Assembly: GCA_965198115.1 (NCBI GenBank)
Contig: OZ240241.1
Span: 1,472,001 to 1,536,000, forward strand
Reading direction: 5' to 3'
Length of the DNA: 64,000 bases
DNA from: Candidatus Latescibacterota bacterium
Lineage (GTDB): Bacteria > Latescibacterota > UBA2968
The position numbers and the translations under genes were made by a program. The notes beneath the pieces were generated by a model, which made no database searches, had not been told where the DNA came from, and worked only from the letters and a program-made list of their open reading frames with translations. Positions 10,872-20,153 of the stretch are shown here, piece after piece; within the stretch, counting starts at the first letter, position 1, and every line of letters begins with the position of its first letter.

Positions 10872-12539
10872 ATGCTCGAACCTTATTCACAACAGCTTTG
10901 CCGCGTCTATACCATCGCCTGCCCAGCTTGCGGATCCGAGAACGCTTTCCCCCGCTATAAACGCGACGTCGTCCGCATGAAGTCCTCCGGCCCCGACGGA
11001 CATCCCATCGAATACGGGTGGCGTGAAGAGGGCGAGTATCCGGTCTGGATCACGCCAATCACCTTCTTCTGGGGTAGCTGTTCAAACTGTCATTTTTCAG
11101 GCCAGGTCGACGACGGTGATTTCCGACAGTGGAAGACGAAGAACACCAACAAGTATCTGGGTGCTTTCCACGAGGGCAGTCTCGACAAGCTCAAAGCAGA
11201 ATCCCCTACCGGAATCGGCCCGCTCGCAACGATCTCCAAGGGCATCGTCGACAACGATCCGTTTTCGACGATTCTGTGCCAATTCTTTGCCGGCATCTAC
11301 ACCGAAACACTCAAAGCCCTGCCGTCGGCCTCCGTCCTCGCGCGGTCCTACCTGCGTGTCGCCTGGATCTACAGGGACGAGGAGCGAATCTACGGGGAGT
11401 TCAGTGGTACATCCAACGTCAACGCACTGATCGACGGTCTGCGAGACAGCTGGAACGAGGCCATCATCCCCAACAGTGGGTATCCCGTCCTGCCAGGACT
11501 GGCCACGAGCGAGGTGGAAGCCCTGCGATACACGCTCTCCTTCTTCGAATGGAACTTCTCGACCCTCTCGTCTGCTGCCGGAATCGAAGACGAGATGCGC
11601 CTCATGACCCTGATCGCGCAGATTGGGTATCGACTCTTCGAGTTGACGGCCGAAGAAGAAGACTTTACGAAGGCCCAGGGCTACTTCAGCGGGTCGATGC
11701 AAAAGTGTCTGAGCGTGATCAACGACAAGTCGATCGTCGGCGGCATCGTCAACCGTGCCAAAGACACCCTAGAAAAGGCGGGCGATCGAGGACGCGAACT
11801 CCGTGCGCTTAAAGAGGAATACGATAAGAACGGCGGACCCGAGAGCGCACCCGTCCCACCACCGCCAACGCCTCAGCAAGCCCCACAGGCCGAAGCGGCC
11901 GAGGATACCCCGGAAGCGGAGCAGCCCGTCGCCATCGCCGCCGCTCCCGCGCCTGCCGCACCCGCGAACGGTGCCGCGCAAAAGAAACTGGAGCAGCTCG
12001 ATCAGGAAGCCAAGCGCTGGATGCGTCTCGCTGGCATTTCTGAACTCACCGGTCTACCCAATCGTGTCATGCTCTCTCGCGTGTTGCTCCCGGGGATTTT
12101 TCGACAGACGGCTGCCAAGCGTCAGCCCCTCGGGTGCATCTTTCTCTCTCCCGAAGGCTTGGGGCAGATCAACGGCAAACTGGGCCGCACACTGGGCGAC
12201 GAACTGCTCAAAGAGTTTACCAAGTGTCTTCAAGAGCAGGTCCGAAACGGCGAGCGTCTCGCCCACCTCGAAGGTGTGAACTTCGCCATCCTGATTCCGG
12301 GTGTCGCGGTGCACCAGCTCAAGAAGAGAGCTGAAGTCATCCACAAAGAGCTCACCTCACGCCGTTTCGACGTAAACGGCAACGCCCTTTCCCTCACCGT
12401 CAGCGTCGGCATCTCCGGCATCCAAACCTACGCCGGCACACCAAAGACGCTGCAGGAAGAGTTCTACCAGCGATCCATCCAGGCACTCGACAACGCCAAG
12501 CTCAAGGGCAACCAGGTCGAGGTCATCCAGGAAAGCTGA
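10872..12539 (+). CDS. DUF2225-like Zn-ribbon/helical protein fused to a degenerate GGDEF domain
   Basis: CPAC...CSNC, YLRVAWIYR, Pro/Ala linker, ELTGLPNR, HLEGVNF in place of GGDEF, TVSVGIS. Confidence 0.75.
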   Translation: MLEPYSQQLCRVYTIACPACGSENAFPRYKRDVVRMKSSGPDGHPIEYGWREEGEYPVWITPITFFWGSCSNCHFSGQVDDGDFRQWKTKNTNKYLGAFHEGSLDKLKAESPTGIGPLATISKGIVDNDPFSTILCQFFAGIYTETLKALPSASVLARSYLRVAWIYRDEERIYGEFSGTSNVNALIDGLRDSWNEAIIPNSGYPVLPGLATSEVEALRYTLSFFEWNFSTLSSAAGIEDEMRLMTLIAQIGYRLFELTAEEEDFTKAQGYFSGSMQKCLSVINDKSIVGGIVNRAKDTLEKAGDRGRELRALKEEYDKNGGPESAPVPPPPTPQQAPQAEAAEDTPEAEQPVAIAAAPAPAAPANGAAQKKLEQLDQEAKRWMRLAGISELTGLPNRVMLSRVLLPGIFRQTAAKRQPLGCIFLSPEGLGQINGKLGRTLGDELLKEFTKCLQEQVRNGERLAHLEGVNFAILIPGVAVHQLKKRAEVIHKELTSRRFDVNGNALSLTVSVGISGIQTYAGTPKTLQEEFYQRSIQALDNAKLKGNQVEVIQES

Positions 12540-12575
12540 TAATCCCCGCACACGCATCGCATTCCCGGAGTCACT

Positions 12576-13619
12576 GTGGCTGAGCAGAGTGCCTACGCTT
12601 GGGCAGGGGTCGACATCCAGGGCGCGAACAGGACCAAGCGCCGCATCGGAGACCTCGTCAAGGAGACATTCGGCTCCGAGGTACTCACAGACATCGGCGG
12701 TTTCGGCGGTCTCTTTGCCGCCCCCTGGCGCGACTACGACGATCCCATTCTCGTTGCCAGCACCGATGGCGTCGGAACGAAACTAAAAATTGCGTTCCTG
12801 ACGGGAGTCCACGACACCGTAGGGGCCGACCTCGTCTGCCACTGCGCCAACGACATTCTGGTCCAGGGTGCCCGCCCGCTCTTCTTCATGGACTACCTGG
12901 CCATGAGCAAGCACGAGGGCGATGTGGCCGAAGCCGTGATCGGTGGCGTAGCCAGTGGCTGCAAGACCTGCGGGTGTGCGCTTCTGGGCGGCGAGATGGC
13001 CGAAATGCCCGACTTCTACGCACCGGGCGAATACGATCTGGCAGGGACGATCGTCGGCATCGTCGATCGCGATCGGATCGTTACCGGGGAGCGTGTGCGT
13101 CCCGGCCACGTCCTCGTCGCACTGGGCGCCGATGGCCTCCACACCAACGGGTATGCACTCGCCCGTAAACTCCTGTTCGAAACAGCCGGATACACGATCG
13201 ACAGTCACATCGACGATATCGGCGACACGGTGGGGAACGCCCTACTCTTGCCACATCGGCCCTACGTTAAACCGATCCTCGACCTGCTCCCTTCGATCGA
13301 GGTCTCAGGCATGGCCCACATCACGGGCGGGGGGTTGATCGACAACATTCCCAGATCGCTTCCCGACGATGTCGCGGTGAACGTTCGGCGCGGGAGCTGG
13401 AACGTCCCTCCTCTGTTTCATCTGCTTCAACGTATCGGAGAAATACGCGAGGCCGAAATGTTCCACGACTTCAACATGGGCATCGGCTTCGTCCTGATCG
13501 TTCCGCAGACCGATGTCGATGCCGCTGTTCGGTCCCTCACTCAGGCCGGAGAGCGTGCGTTTATCCTCGGCGAAGCCGTGTCTCGCTCCGACGACCCGCA
13601 AGTTCGGATCGAAGACTGA
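12576..13619 (+). CDS. purM: Phosphoribosylformylglycinamidine cyclo-ligase
   Basis: TDGVGTKLK, GGEMAEMP, GLHTNGY, AHITGGG, FNMGIG. Confidence 0.97.
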   Translation: MAEQSAYAWAGVDIQGANRTKRRIGDLVKETFGSEVLTDIGGFGGLFAAPWRDYDDPILVASTDGVGTKLKIAFLTGVHDTVGADLVCHCANDILVQGARPLFFMDYLAMSKHEGDVAEAVIGGVASGCKTCGCALLGGEMAEMPDFYAPGEYDLAGTIVGIVDRDRIVTGERVRPGHVLVALGADGLHTNGYALARKLLFETAGYTIDSHIDDIGDTVGNALLLPHRPYVKPILDLLPSIEVSGMAHITGGGLIDNIPRSLPDDVAVNVRRGSWNVPPLFHLLQRIGEIREAEMFHDFNMGIGFVLIVPQTDVDAAVRSLTQAGERAFILGEAVSRSDDPQVRIED

Positions 13620-13792
13620 TGCTTTTTAGAGCCTTCCTGATCGGTCTGGGGAGCGTCTTGCTCATCAATTCGATCCGGCGGTTCCTCACGACGTCCACGC
13701 GCAAACCAGGTCACCCGAACGAGCCGGATCAACCACCCGATATCGACCCCGATCGGGTGCGAGACGCTGACTTCCGCGATCTTCACTCCTGA
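13619..13792 (+). CDS. Small membrane protein (57 aa), absent from the ORF track
   Basis: ATG overlaps the purM stop (TGATG); MLFRAFLIGLGSVLLINSIRR...VRDADFRDLHS fills the gap. Confidence 0.65.
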   Translation: MLFRAFLIGLGSVLLINSIRRFLTTSTRKPGHPNEPDQPPDIDPDRVRDADFRDLHS

Positions 13793-13806
13793 GGGGTGGG
13801 AGCGTG

Positions 13807-14523
13807 ATGGAACTCCAGTTCTTGGGTGTCGGCAGTTTCTTCTCCAAAACCGATTACCACAACAATCTGTGCATCAACGAGAGTATCCTGATCGACTGTG
13901 GTTTCACCGCCGCTCGAAGCCTGCACGACCAGGGTCGCACCTTCGGCGCCATCGATCACCTGTTCATCACGCACACGCACGCGGATCACATCGGCGGACT
14001 CGAGGAGTGCGCGTTCTTCAACCGTTATGTGAACGGTGGGCGCAAGCCACGACTCTACCTTCCCGCCGCCCTGGAAACCGACCTTTGGTCCCAATCTCTC
14101 AGAGGTGGGCTTCAAGACGCCGTATCGGGCGCAAGTGACCTCTCCGACTATTTCGACATCACCATCGTCGAGGACGCATTTGAAATCGAGGGAGTTCATT
14201 TCCAGATTGTGCCCACACACCACGTGACCGACAAATTCTGTTGCGGGCTGGTCATCGATGGCCGCATCTACTTCTCCGGGGACACGCGGTTCGACAAGGA
14301 CATGGTGATCGAACGCGGCTCGAAGGCCGAAGCGATCTTCCACGAGGTACAATTCTTCGAGGGCGGGATTCACACCGCACTGACCGAACTCGAAACGCTT
14401 CCCGATGACATCAGACACAAGACAGCCTTGATGCACTACGGCGATGAATGGACCCTCCACCAGGATGCCGCCAAAAGGGCAGGCTTTTCGTGGGCTGAAC
14501 GCCACAAGAACTACAGCTACTGA
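13807..14523 (+). CDS. MBL-fold metallo-hydrolase (RNase Z-like)
   Basis: ILIDCG, THTHADHIGG, FSGDT, MHYGD. Confidence 0.88.
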   Translation: MELQFLGVGSFFSKTDYHNNLCINESILIDCGFTAARSLHDQGRTFGAIDHLFITHTHADHIGGLEECAFFNRYVNGGRKPRLYLPAALETDLWSQSLRGGLQDAVSGASDLSDYFDITIVEDAFEIEGVHFQIVPTHHVTDKFCCGLVIDGRIYFSGDTRFDKDMVIERGSKAEAIFHEVQFFEGGIHTALTELETLPDDIRHKTALMHYGDEWTLHQDAAKRAGFSWAERHKNYSY

Positions 14524-14586
14524 CCCCTCCCCCGGCGCAAAGCCAGGCACATCTTCCCGCATCATTACGCGAACACAGAGACCAGC

Positions 14587-15627
14587 ATGGCCAAACGAGG
14601 GTCCACTCGGCGCTCCGCGCAGCGTTCAAAGAAGGATGCGAATTGGTTGCGGACGCAGATCGACGCGGACGAAATCGCGCCAATTTATCTGCTGCACGGT
14701 CCCGACGACTACGAGAGGGACCAAATCGTCGACCAGATCGTCGGAGCCATCCTGAACGATGCGACGCGAGCCTTCAACCTCGACGTCCTCGTCGGCGCCG
14801 ACCTCGATGTGGGAGACGCCGTAAACCGCGTCACCGCCTTTCCGATGATGGCCGAACGACGCGTCGTCATCGTCAGACGAATCGAAGAGGTGGTAGAGTC
14901 TGCGGCACGGGGTTTCCTTCAGGTGATCACGAAGCCGGTCGAGTCGACGGTCCTCGTGTTCACGGCCGACAAGATCGATGGCCGACGAAAATTCTTCCAG
15001 GAACTCAAAAAGGCGGCGATCGACGTCGAGTTCCGGCTCCCATACGACAATGAGCTACCGGGCTGGATCGAGCGAAGGGCCCAGAAGATCTGCAAGCATC
15101 TCACGCCGGAGGCCGTCCACCTCCTGGCCGTGTCGATAGGCCCAAAGCCCAGAGAACTCGCGAACGAACTCGAAAAGCTCAGTCTTCACACCGTAGATCG
15201 CCAGTCGATCACGGCCGACGACGTGGCCTGGATCGTCGGAGCGACCAGGGACGCCTCGATTTTCGATTTCGTCGACGCGGTAGGCCTGCGCGAGCGTGGT
15301 CGCGCTTTGAGGATTCTACAACAGCTTTTCGAGCAGGGCGATCACCCCGCTGCGGCTCTGGCCGTGCTCGTTCGGCACGTGGGGCTGCTGCGAAAAACCA
15401 AGTGGCTGATGGACAGCGGGCTTCCTCGCGGCCAGTATGCGTCCAAGCTCAAGGTTCCACCGTTCGCGGTCGAAAAGTATCTCCGACAGGCCGAGCGGTT
15501 TCCAGACGCCCTCTTGTGGAAGGCCTACGACACGCTCCTGCGTACCGATGACCGAGTAAAGTCCCGTTCCCGGGCCTCGCACGTGACGCTATCCAGGGCC
15601 ATTCTCGAGTTGTGCGAATCTTCCTGA
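14587..15627 (+). CDS. holA: DNA polymerase III delta subunit
   Basis: IYLLHG, FPMMAERRVVIV, NELEKL, IFDFVDA. Confidence 0.9.
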   Translation: MAKRGSTRRSAQRSKKDANWLRTQIDADEIAPIYLLHGPDDYERDQIVDQIVGAILNDATRAFNLDVLVGADLDVGDAVNRVTAFPMMAERRVVIVRRIEEVVESAARGFLQVITKPVESTVLVFTADKIDGRRKFFQELKKAAIDVEFRLPYDNELPGWIERRAQKICKHLTPEAVHLLAVSIGPKPRELANELEKLSLHTVDRQSITADDVAWIVGATRDASIFDFVDAVGLRERGRALRILQQLFEQGDHPAAALAVLVRHVGLLRKTKWLMDSGLPRGQYASKLKVPPFAVEKYLRQAERFPDALLWKAYDTLLRTDDRVKSRSRASHVTLSRAILELCESS

Positions 15628-15642
15628 TTTCAGGGGGTCACC

Positions 15643-15671
15643 TTGACACGACGCGGAGCGACGGGTAGATT
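15643..15671 (+). promoter_or_regulatory. sigma70-like promoter of trxA
   Basis: TTGACA-N17-TAGATT. Confidence 0.65.
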
Positions 15672-15739
15672 GAAACCTTCTCCCATCCAGGCGTCATAAA
15701 CGAGCAAACGAAACATTCGAATCGAAAGGTGGTGACCCC

Positions 15740-16078
15740 ATGTCAGCCACATTGGAGCTAACCAAGGAAAATTTCCAGAGCGAAGTCATCGACGCGAGCG
15801 TTCCCGCGCTGGTCGATTTTTGGGCGACGTGGTGTGGCCCGTGCCGGGCGATCGCACCGCTCGTGGAGGAGCTCGCAGAGCAGTACGACGGCAAACTCAA
15901 GGTCGGCAAGGTGGACGTCGACGCTCAGCAGCAGCTCGCTGCCGAGTTCGGAATCCGCAGCATTCCGACCCTCTTGCTGTTCAAGGACGGCAAAATGGCT
16001 GAGCAAATCGTCGGAGCCGTTCCCAAAAGGCAACTCGAGGACAAAGTTCAGGAAATCCTGGAACCCGCCGCGGCGTAG
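15740..16078 (+). CDS. trxA: Thioredoxin
   Basis: WCGPC, SIPTL. Confidence 0.97.
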   Translation: MSATLELTKENFQSEVIDASVPALVDFWATWCGPCRAIAPLVEELAEQYDGKLKVGKVDVDAQQQLAAEFGIRSIPTLLLFKDGKMAEQIVGAVPKRQLEDKVQEILEPAAA

Positions 16079-16101
16079 GTTTAGTCGATGGTGGCTCAAA
16101 C

Positions 16102-16147
16102 GAAACGGGCAGGCCCTTTCAACAAGGACCTGCCCGTTTCATTTTTT
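16102..16147. terminator. Intrinsic terminator, likely bidirectional
   Basis: GAAACGGGCAGG...CCTGCCCGTTTC stem followed by a T run, between convergent genes. Confidence 0.8.
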
Positions 16148-16160
16148 GATGGATCGGCAG

Positions 16161-16706
16161 CTATTGCAGAATGAATCGCTCGAAGTAAATCTGGATCACT
16201 TCACCCGTCTCGATCAGCGACGACGCGTTGACCTCGTCCCTGAGCCGCTCCTTCAGCGCCGCTCGTTCTTCGGCCTCATCCATATCCGAAAACTCCGTTT
16301 GAGACAGCTTTGAAAGGATCAGATCTTGGACTTGTGTGGCCAAAAGGCCTTCCTCCAGTTCGGCAATCGCTTCCTCCGTGTCCAGTTCAAGCGTGACCGC
16401 GGCGCTGAGGAACCGGATGCCTTCGTCGTCGGGAGGGTTGAGAATCATCTCCTGCAACGGGAACAGAAGGGGCTGGTCGATCTCGAAGATCGGTCGCTCC
16501 TTCGGATTTTCAGTCATCTCCTCTTCTTCGACGTCGCCCGACAGCCCCGGATAGTAGACTTTGGTAATCAGGACGTAGCCTGCCGCGGCCTGCCCAAGTA
16601 GAATGACGACGATCAACACGATAAACTGGGGTAGACGAGACGGCCCGCTATCCTCTGGAGGGAGGTCTCCTTCCTGGTCTTCGGCTGCTTCTGCTTCTTC
16701 GGCCAA
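16161..16706 (-). CDS. fliL: Flagellar basal body-associated FliL-family protein
   Basis: Single TM, MILNP..RFLSAAVTLE, C-terminal IYFERFILQ. Confidence 0.75.
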   Translation of the reverse strand: MAEEAEAAEDQEGDLPPEDSGPSRLPQFIVLIVVILLGQAAAGYVLITKVYYPGLSGDVEEEEMTENPKERPIFEIDQPLLFPLQEMILNPPDDEGIRFLSAAVTLELDTEEAIAELEEGLLATQVQDLILSKLSQTEFSDMDEAEERAALKERLRDEVNASSLIETGEVIQIYFERFILQ

Positions 16707-16873
16707 AACCGGACTCCGCGTTGGAATTTGACCTTGCCTTGGCAGAGGGCCGACCCTATCATTTTACGGCCCCTAAGTCCTTTACAGGATAAGACTTACG
16801 CCGTCCGCTGTCAAGCCGTCGCCTCCACCTTCTCCTGGCAGCGAGGATTTACGTCACTCTCGAGGAACGTCCA

Positions 16874-17776
16874 ATGAACATACAGAAGGTCGTTATACCC
16901 GTCGCCGGGCTGGGCACACGGCTCCTCCCGGCAACCAAGTCACAGCCCAAAGAGATGCTGCCCGTCGGCCGAAAACCCGTCGTCCAGTATGTCGTCGAAG
17001 AGATGATCGACCAGGGGCTGGAAAAAATCATGTTCATCACGGGGCGCGACAAGCGTTCGATCGAAGATCACTTCGATCGCGATCCCGAGCTGCTTTCTCA
17101 ACTCGCGCAAATCGGTGACGATCGCTTGTTCGACGGCTCGGGCTACGATGAACACGCGCGGTTCTTCTACACCCGTCAGATTATACCGAAAGGGCGCCAG
17201 ACGCCAGGTGGGTTGGGCGATGCCATTGCCATGGCACACGACTTCGTCTCCGAGGAACCCTTCGTCGTGGCACTGGGCGATACGATCATTCGATCCGGCA
17301 ACCACGCCGGACTCGTTCGGCGAATGATCAGATCGCACGAAAGCAAGGGTGCAGCGTGTACGATTGCAGTCGTCGAGGTCGAGCCCGACGAAGTGAATCA
17401 GTACGGCATCGTCCACCCGGTCGGCCGCGGTCGAACCGATTTCGAAATCGACGACATCGTCGAAAAACCGTCACCCGAAGACGCACCGAGCCGACTCGCC
17501 GTGGCGGGAAGATACATCTTCGGTCCCGAGATCTTTTCGGCCATCGAACGTACCTCGCCGGGCTTTCAGGGCGAACTCGAGCTCACCGATGCCATCAAAA
17601 TCCTGATCAGAATGGGCCGGACGGTCCGATGCATTCGTCTCAAAAAGGACGAACACCGCTACGACATCGGAAATCCCGAAAGTTATTACCGCGCATTCAT
17701 CGACTTCGCCATCTCCGACCAGCAATACGGCTACCGCATCAGACAGTACTTCCAAAAACGACTCCGCACCTTCTGA
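16874..17776 (+). CDS. galU: UTP--sugar-1-phosphate uridylyltransferase (GalU family)
   Basis: VIPVAGLGTRLLPATKSQPKEMLP, IVEKP, LTDAI, YDIG. Confidence 0.88.
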   Translation: MNIQKVVIPVAGLGTRLLPATKSQPKEMLPVGRKPVVQYVVEEMIDQGLEKIMFITGRDKRSIEDHFDRDPELLSQLAQIGDDRLFDGSGYDEHARFFYTRQIIPKGRQTPGGLGDAIAMAHDFVSEEPFVVALGDTIIRSGNHAGLVRRMIRSHESKGAACTIAVVEVEPDEVNQYGIVHPVGRGRTDFEIDDIVEKPSPEDAPSRLAVAGRYIFGPEIFSAIERTSPGFQGELELTDAIKILIRMGRTVRCIRLKKDEHRYDIGNPESYYRAFIDFAISDQQYGYRIRQYFQKRLRTF

Positions 17777-17781
17777 TCTTC

Positions 17782-18837
17782 ATGTCTGGAGCCTTTTTCT
17801 CCACCGCGCCCGGACGCGCCGGCATCATCGGCAACCCAACCGACATGTATGGGGGGAGTGTCATCTCCTGCTCGACGCAGGAACGGGCCGCTGTCCTGAT
17901 CGAGCCTTCGGAGCGGTTGAGCTTTCACGTCGCCGGCGAAACCTTCATCGTCCGGGATGAAAGCGATCTCGAACTCGACGGTGGATTTCTCGACGTCGCC
18001 AAAGCCGTCTGTGATTTTCTCCAACTCGCCGAGGCGCGATTCAGCCTCAGGTGGGCGTGCGATGTGCCCTTCGGTGCCGGGCTGTCCAGCTCGTCGGCTA
18101 TGATCGTCTCCATCCTGAGCGCTGTGCTCGCCTTCCTCGGGCGCGATCACCACCTCTACTACCGGGCGGAAATGGCCCGGCACATCGAACTGCACTACCT
18201 CGTACTTTGTGGGTATCAGGATCCGTATATGTGTACGTTCGGTGGCATCAACTACATGGATTTTAGGGATAAGCAGTTCTACCGGTCCTTCGGTGACGAA
18301 CCCTATTCCACGATGGAATCGCTGACCCCTTTCCTGTCATCGTTTCCATTCGTGCTGGCCAATACGGGTGTGCAACGCAGCTCGGCCAGCGTGCACAAAC
18401 CGATTCGAGAACGGTGGCTCGAGGGCGACCGCGAAGTGGTCCGCAATTACAACCGAATCGGTCATCTGGCTCGGATGGGCAAGCGTGCAATGCTGGCGGG
18501 TGATTGGGTCGAACTCGGGGGGCTGATGGTGGAGAACCATCAGATCCAGCGAGACATGGGGGGCTCGGGGCCCCAAAACGACCGCCTGATCGATGCCGCT
18601 CTCGCCGGCGGCGCGCTCGGCGCCAAGCTCTCGGGGGCGGGCGGAGGAGGAACCATCATCGCACTCACAGAGAATCCGGGCCCCGTCGTCGCCGCGACGA
18701 GGGAGGCCGGAGCCACGCGAATCCTCTATCCCGTTCCGTGTCAGGGTGTCAGTGTGACTCCTGTAAAGAACAAGAAAGACCATGAAACCGCCGAAGAAGA
18801 GCTTCTGAAACGGGCATCACGAGAAGACTTTCACTGA
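17782..18837 (+). CDS. GHMP-family sugar kinase, glucuronokinase-like
   Basis: GRAGIIGNPTD, PFGAGLSSSSA, GYQD, GAKLSGAGGGG. Confidence 0.85.
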   Translation: MSGAFFSTAPGRAGIIGNPTDMYGGSVISCSTQERAAVLIEPSERLSFHVAGETFIVRDESDLELDGGFLDVAKAVCDFLQLAEARFSLRWACDVPFGAGLSSSSAMIVSILSAVLAFLGRDHHLYYRAEMARHIELHYLVLCGYQDPYMCTFGGINYMDFRDKQFYRSFGDEPYSTMESLTPFLSSFPFVLANTGVQRSSASVHKPIRERWLEGDREVVRNYNRIGHLARMGKRAMLAGDWVELGGLMVENHQIQRDMGGSGPQNDRLIDAALAGGALGAKLSGAGGGGTIIALTENPGPVVAATREAGATRILYPVPCQGVSVTPVKNKKDHETAEEELLKRASREDFH

Positions 18838-18838
18838 G

Positions 18839-19999
18839 TCATTCGGGTCCGTCGACAATCGATGGAAGACCCGTCTCGACGTCGAGTTTGAGGGAGCGCT
18901 CACCCCGCAACACACAAAGAAGCTCGTCGCCCACGAACAGACGACGCCATCCCACCAGGACCCCCGCCCCGGATCCGTTCTCCTGCACGACCTCCCGAAC
19001 CTCGTTTCGCGAACCCACGAGCGCTGGATCGATGCCTTTGCGTAGCGCCTTGCCCCTCACGTAGGCGAGGGCGAATTCGGTTCTGACCTCCTCCTCTGGC
19101 GTTGCGGGACGAATGCGTGGCTTCTTCGAAACGGGCGTCCGATCCCCTTCCTTCAAGACATCGATCACAGATGCTCCGTAACGATCGACAAAGCCGTGCG
19201 GGAGCCCGCGGATCGACGATATAGCCTTGCGATGTCTGGGCCTCAGACGCGCCAACCTCACGAGAGTCTCGTCCTGCACGACGTGGCGACGAGGAACATC
19301 CGTTCGGCGAGCCTCTTCCTCGCGCCACGCTGTTACCGCCTGCAGCGCACCCAGATCCCTCGAAGACACGCGCCCCATCCCCTTGACCCGCAGATACTGA
19401 TCATCCGGGTGACGCTCTTCGTAGAGATGCGCCTGATCGAGGAGGGACATTTCCTCGGCAAGCCAACCGTCACGACCGAGGTGAGCGGTCTTTTCGAGAA
19501 GCCGTTCTCGCAACTCCGGCAGGTGCCGCACATCGTCGATCGCGTACTCGATCTGACGCTTCGACAGCGGCCGTTTCACCCAGTCCGTGCGTGTTTCAGA
19601 CTTCTCCAGCTTCACATCCATCAGCTCCTTCACCAGCTCCTGCAGCGACAGCGATGCGCGGAATCCACAAAATCCCGCCGCGACACGCGTGTCGAAGACG
19701 TTAACCGGTGTGGCACCCGTCGATCGCTTTAAAATCGTCAGATCCTGCGGCGCATCGTGCAGCACCTTCACGACCTGCCGATCGGAGAGCAATCTTCCGA
19801 GCGGCTCAAGCGACCGGATTGCTACTGTATCGATCAGGTAGGAGCGCCCGGCCGATGTCGAGAGCTGGATCAACCCCAGCCGGGGGTAGTAGGTGCGTTC
19901 CCAAACAAACTCGGTATCGAGACCGATGACACCGCCGCGTCTACCTTCTTCCACAGCGTCGTTCATGCGCTCCGGCGATGTGATCAGCAGATCCTGCAA
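18839..19999 (-). CDS. rnd: Ribonuclease D
   Basis: GLDTEF..RTYYPRLGLIQ, FDT, YAIDDV, HRDC domain; TTG start after GGAGG. Confidence 0.92.
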   Translation of the reverse strand: MQDLLITSPERMNDAVEEGRRGGVIGLDTEFVWERTYYPRLGLIQLSTSAGRSYLIDTVAIRSLEPLGRLLSDRQVVKVLHDAPQDLTILKRSTGATPVNVFDTRVAAGFCGFRASLSLQELVKELMDVKLEKSETRTDWVKRPLSKRQIEYAIDDVRHLPELRERLLEKTAHLGRDGWLAEEMSLLDQAHLYEERHPDDQYLRVKGMGRVSSRDLGALQAVTAWREEEARRTDVPRRHVVQDETLVRLARLRPRHRKAISSIRGLPHGFVDRYGASVIDVLKEGDRTPVSKKPRIRPATPEEEVRTEFALAYVRGKALRKGIDPALVGSRNEVREVVQENGSGAGVLVGWRRLFVGDELLCVLRGERSLKLDVETGLPSIVDGPE

Positions 20000-20077
20000 G
20001 TTTTCCTCCTGGTGAATGACAAGGGGATCGAATATAACACGAGGCCGCACACCGGGCTACCGTCTCTCCCCACTCGC

Positions 20078-20106
20078 TTGACACCCCACGGTGACCGCTG
20101 CATCAT
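20078..20106 (+). promoter_or_regulatory. sigma70-like promoter of the catabolic operon
   Basis: TTGACA-N17-CATCAT. Confidence 0.5.
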
Positions 20107-20153
20107 AGCCGTCCGACACAGTTCTCTATTCACCTATCCAAGTGGATCATCCG

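Noticed and set aside
17356-17781. N-terminal extension of the GHMP kinase ORF
   Set aside because: Overlaps galU out of frame; the real start is the ATG at 17782.
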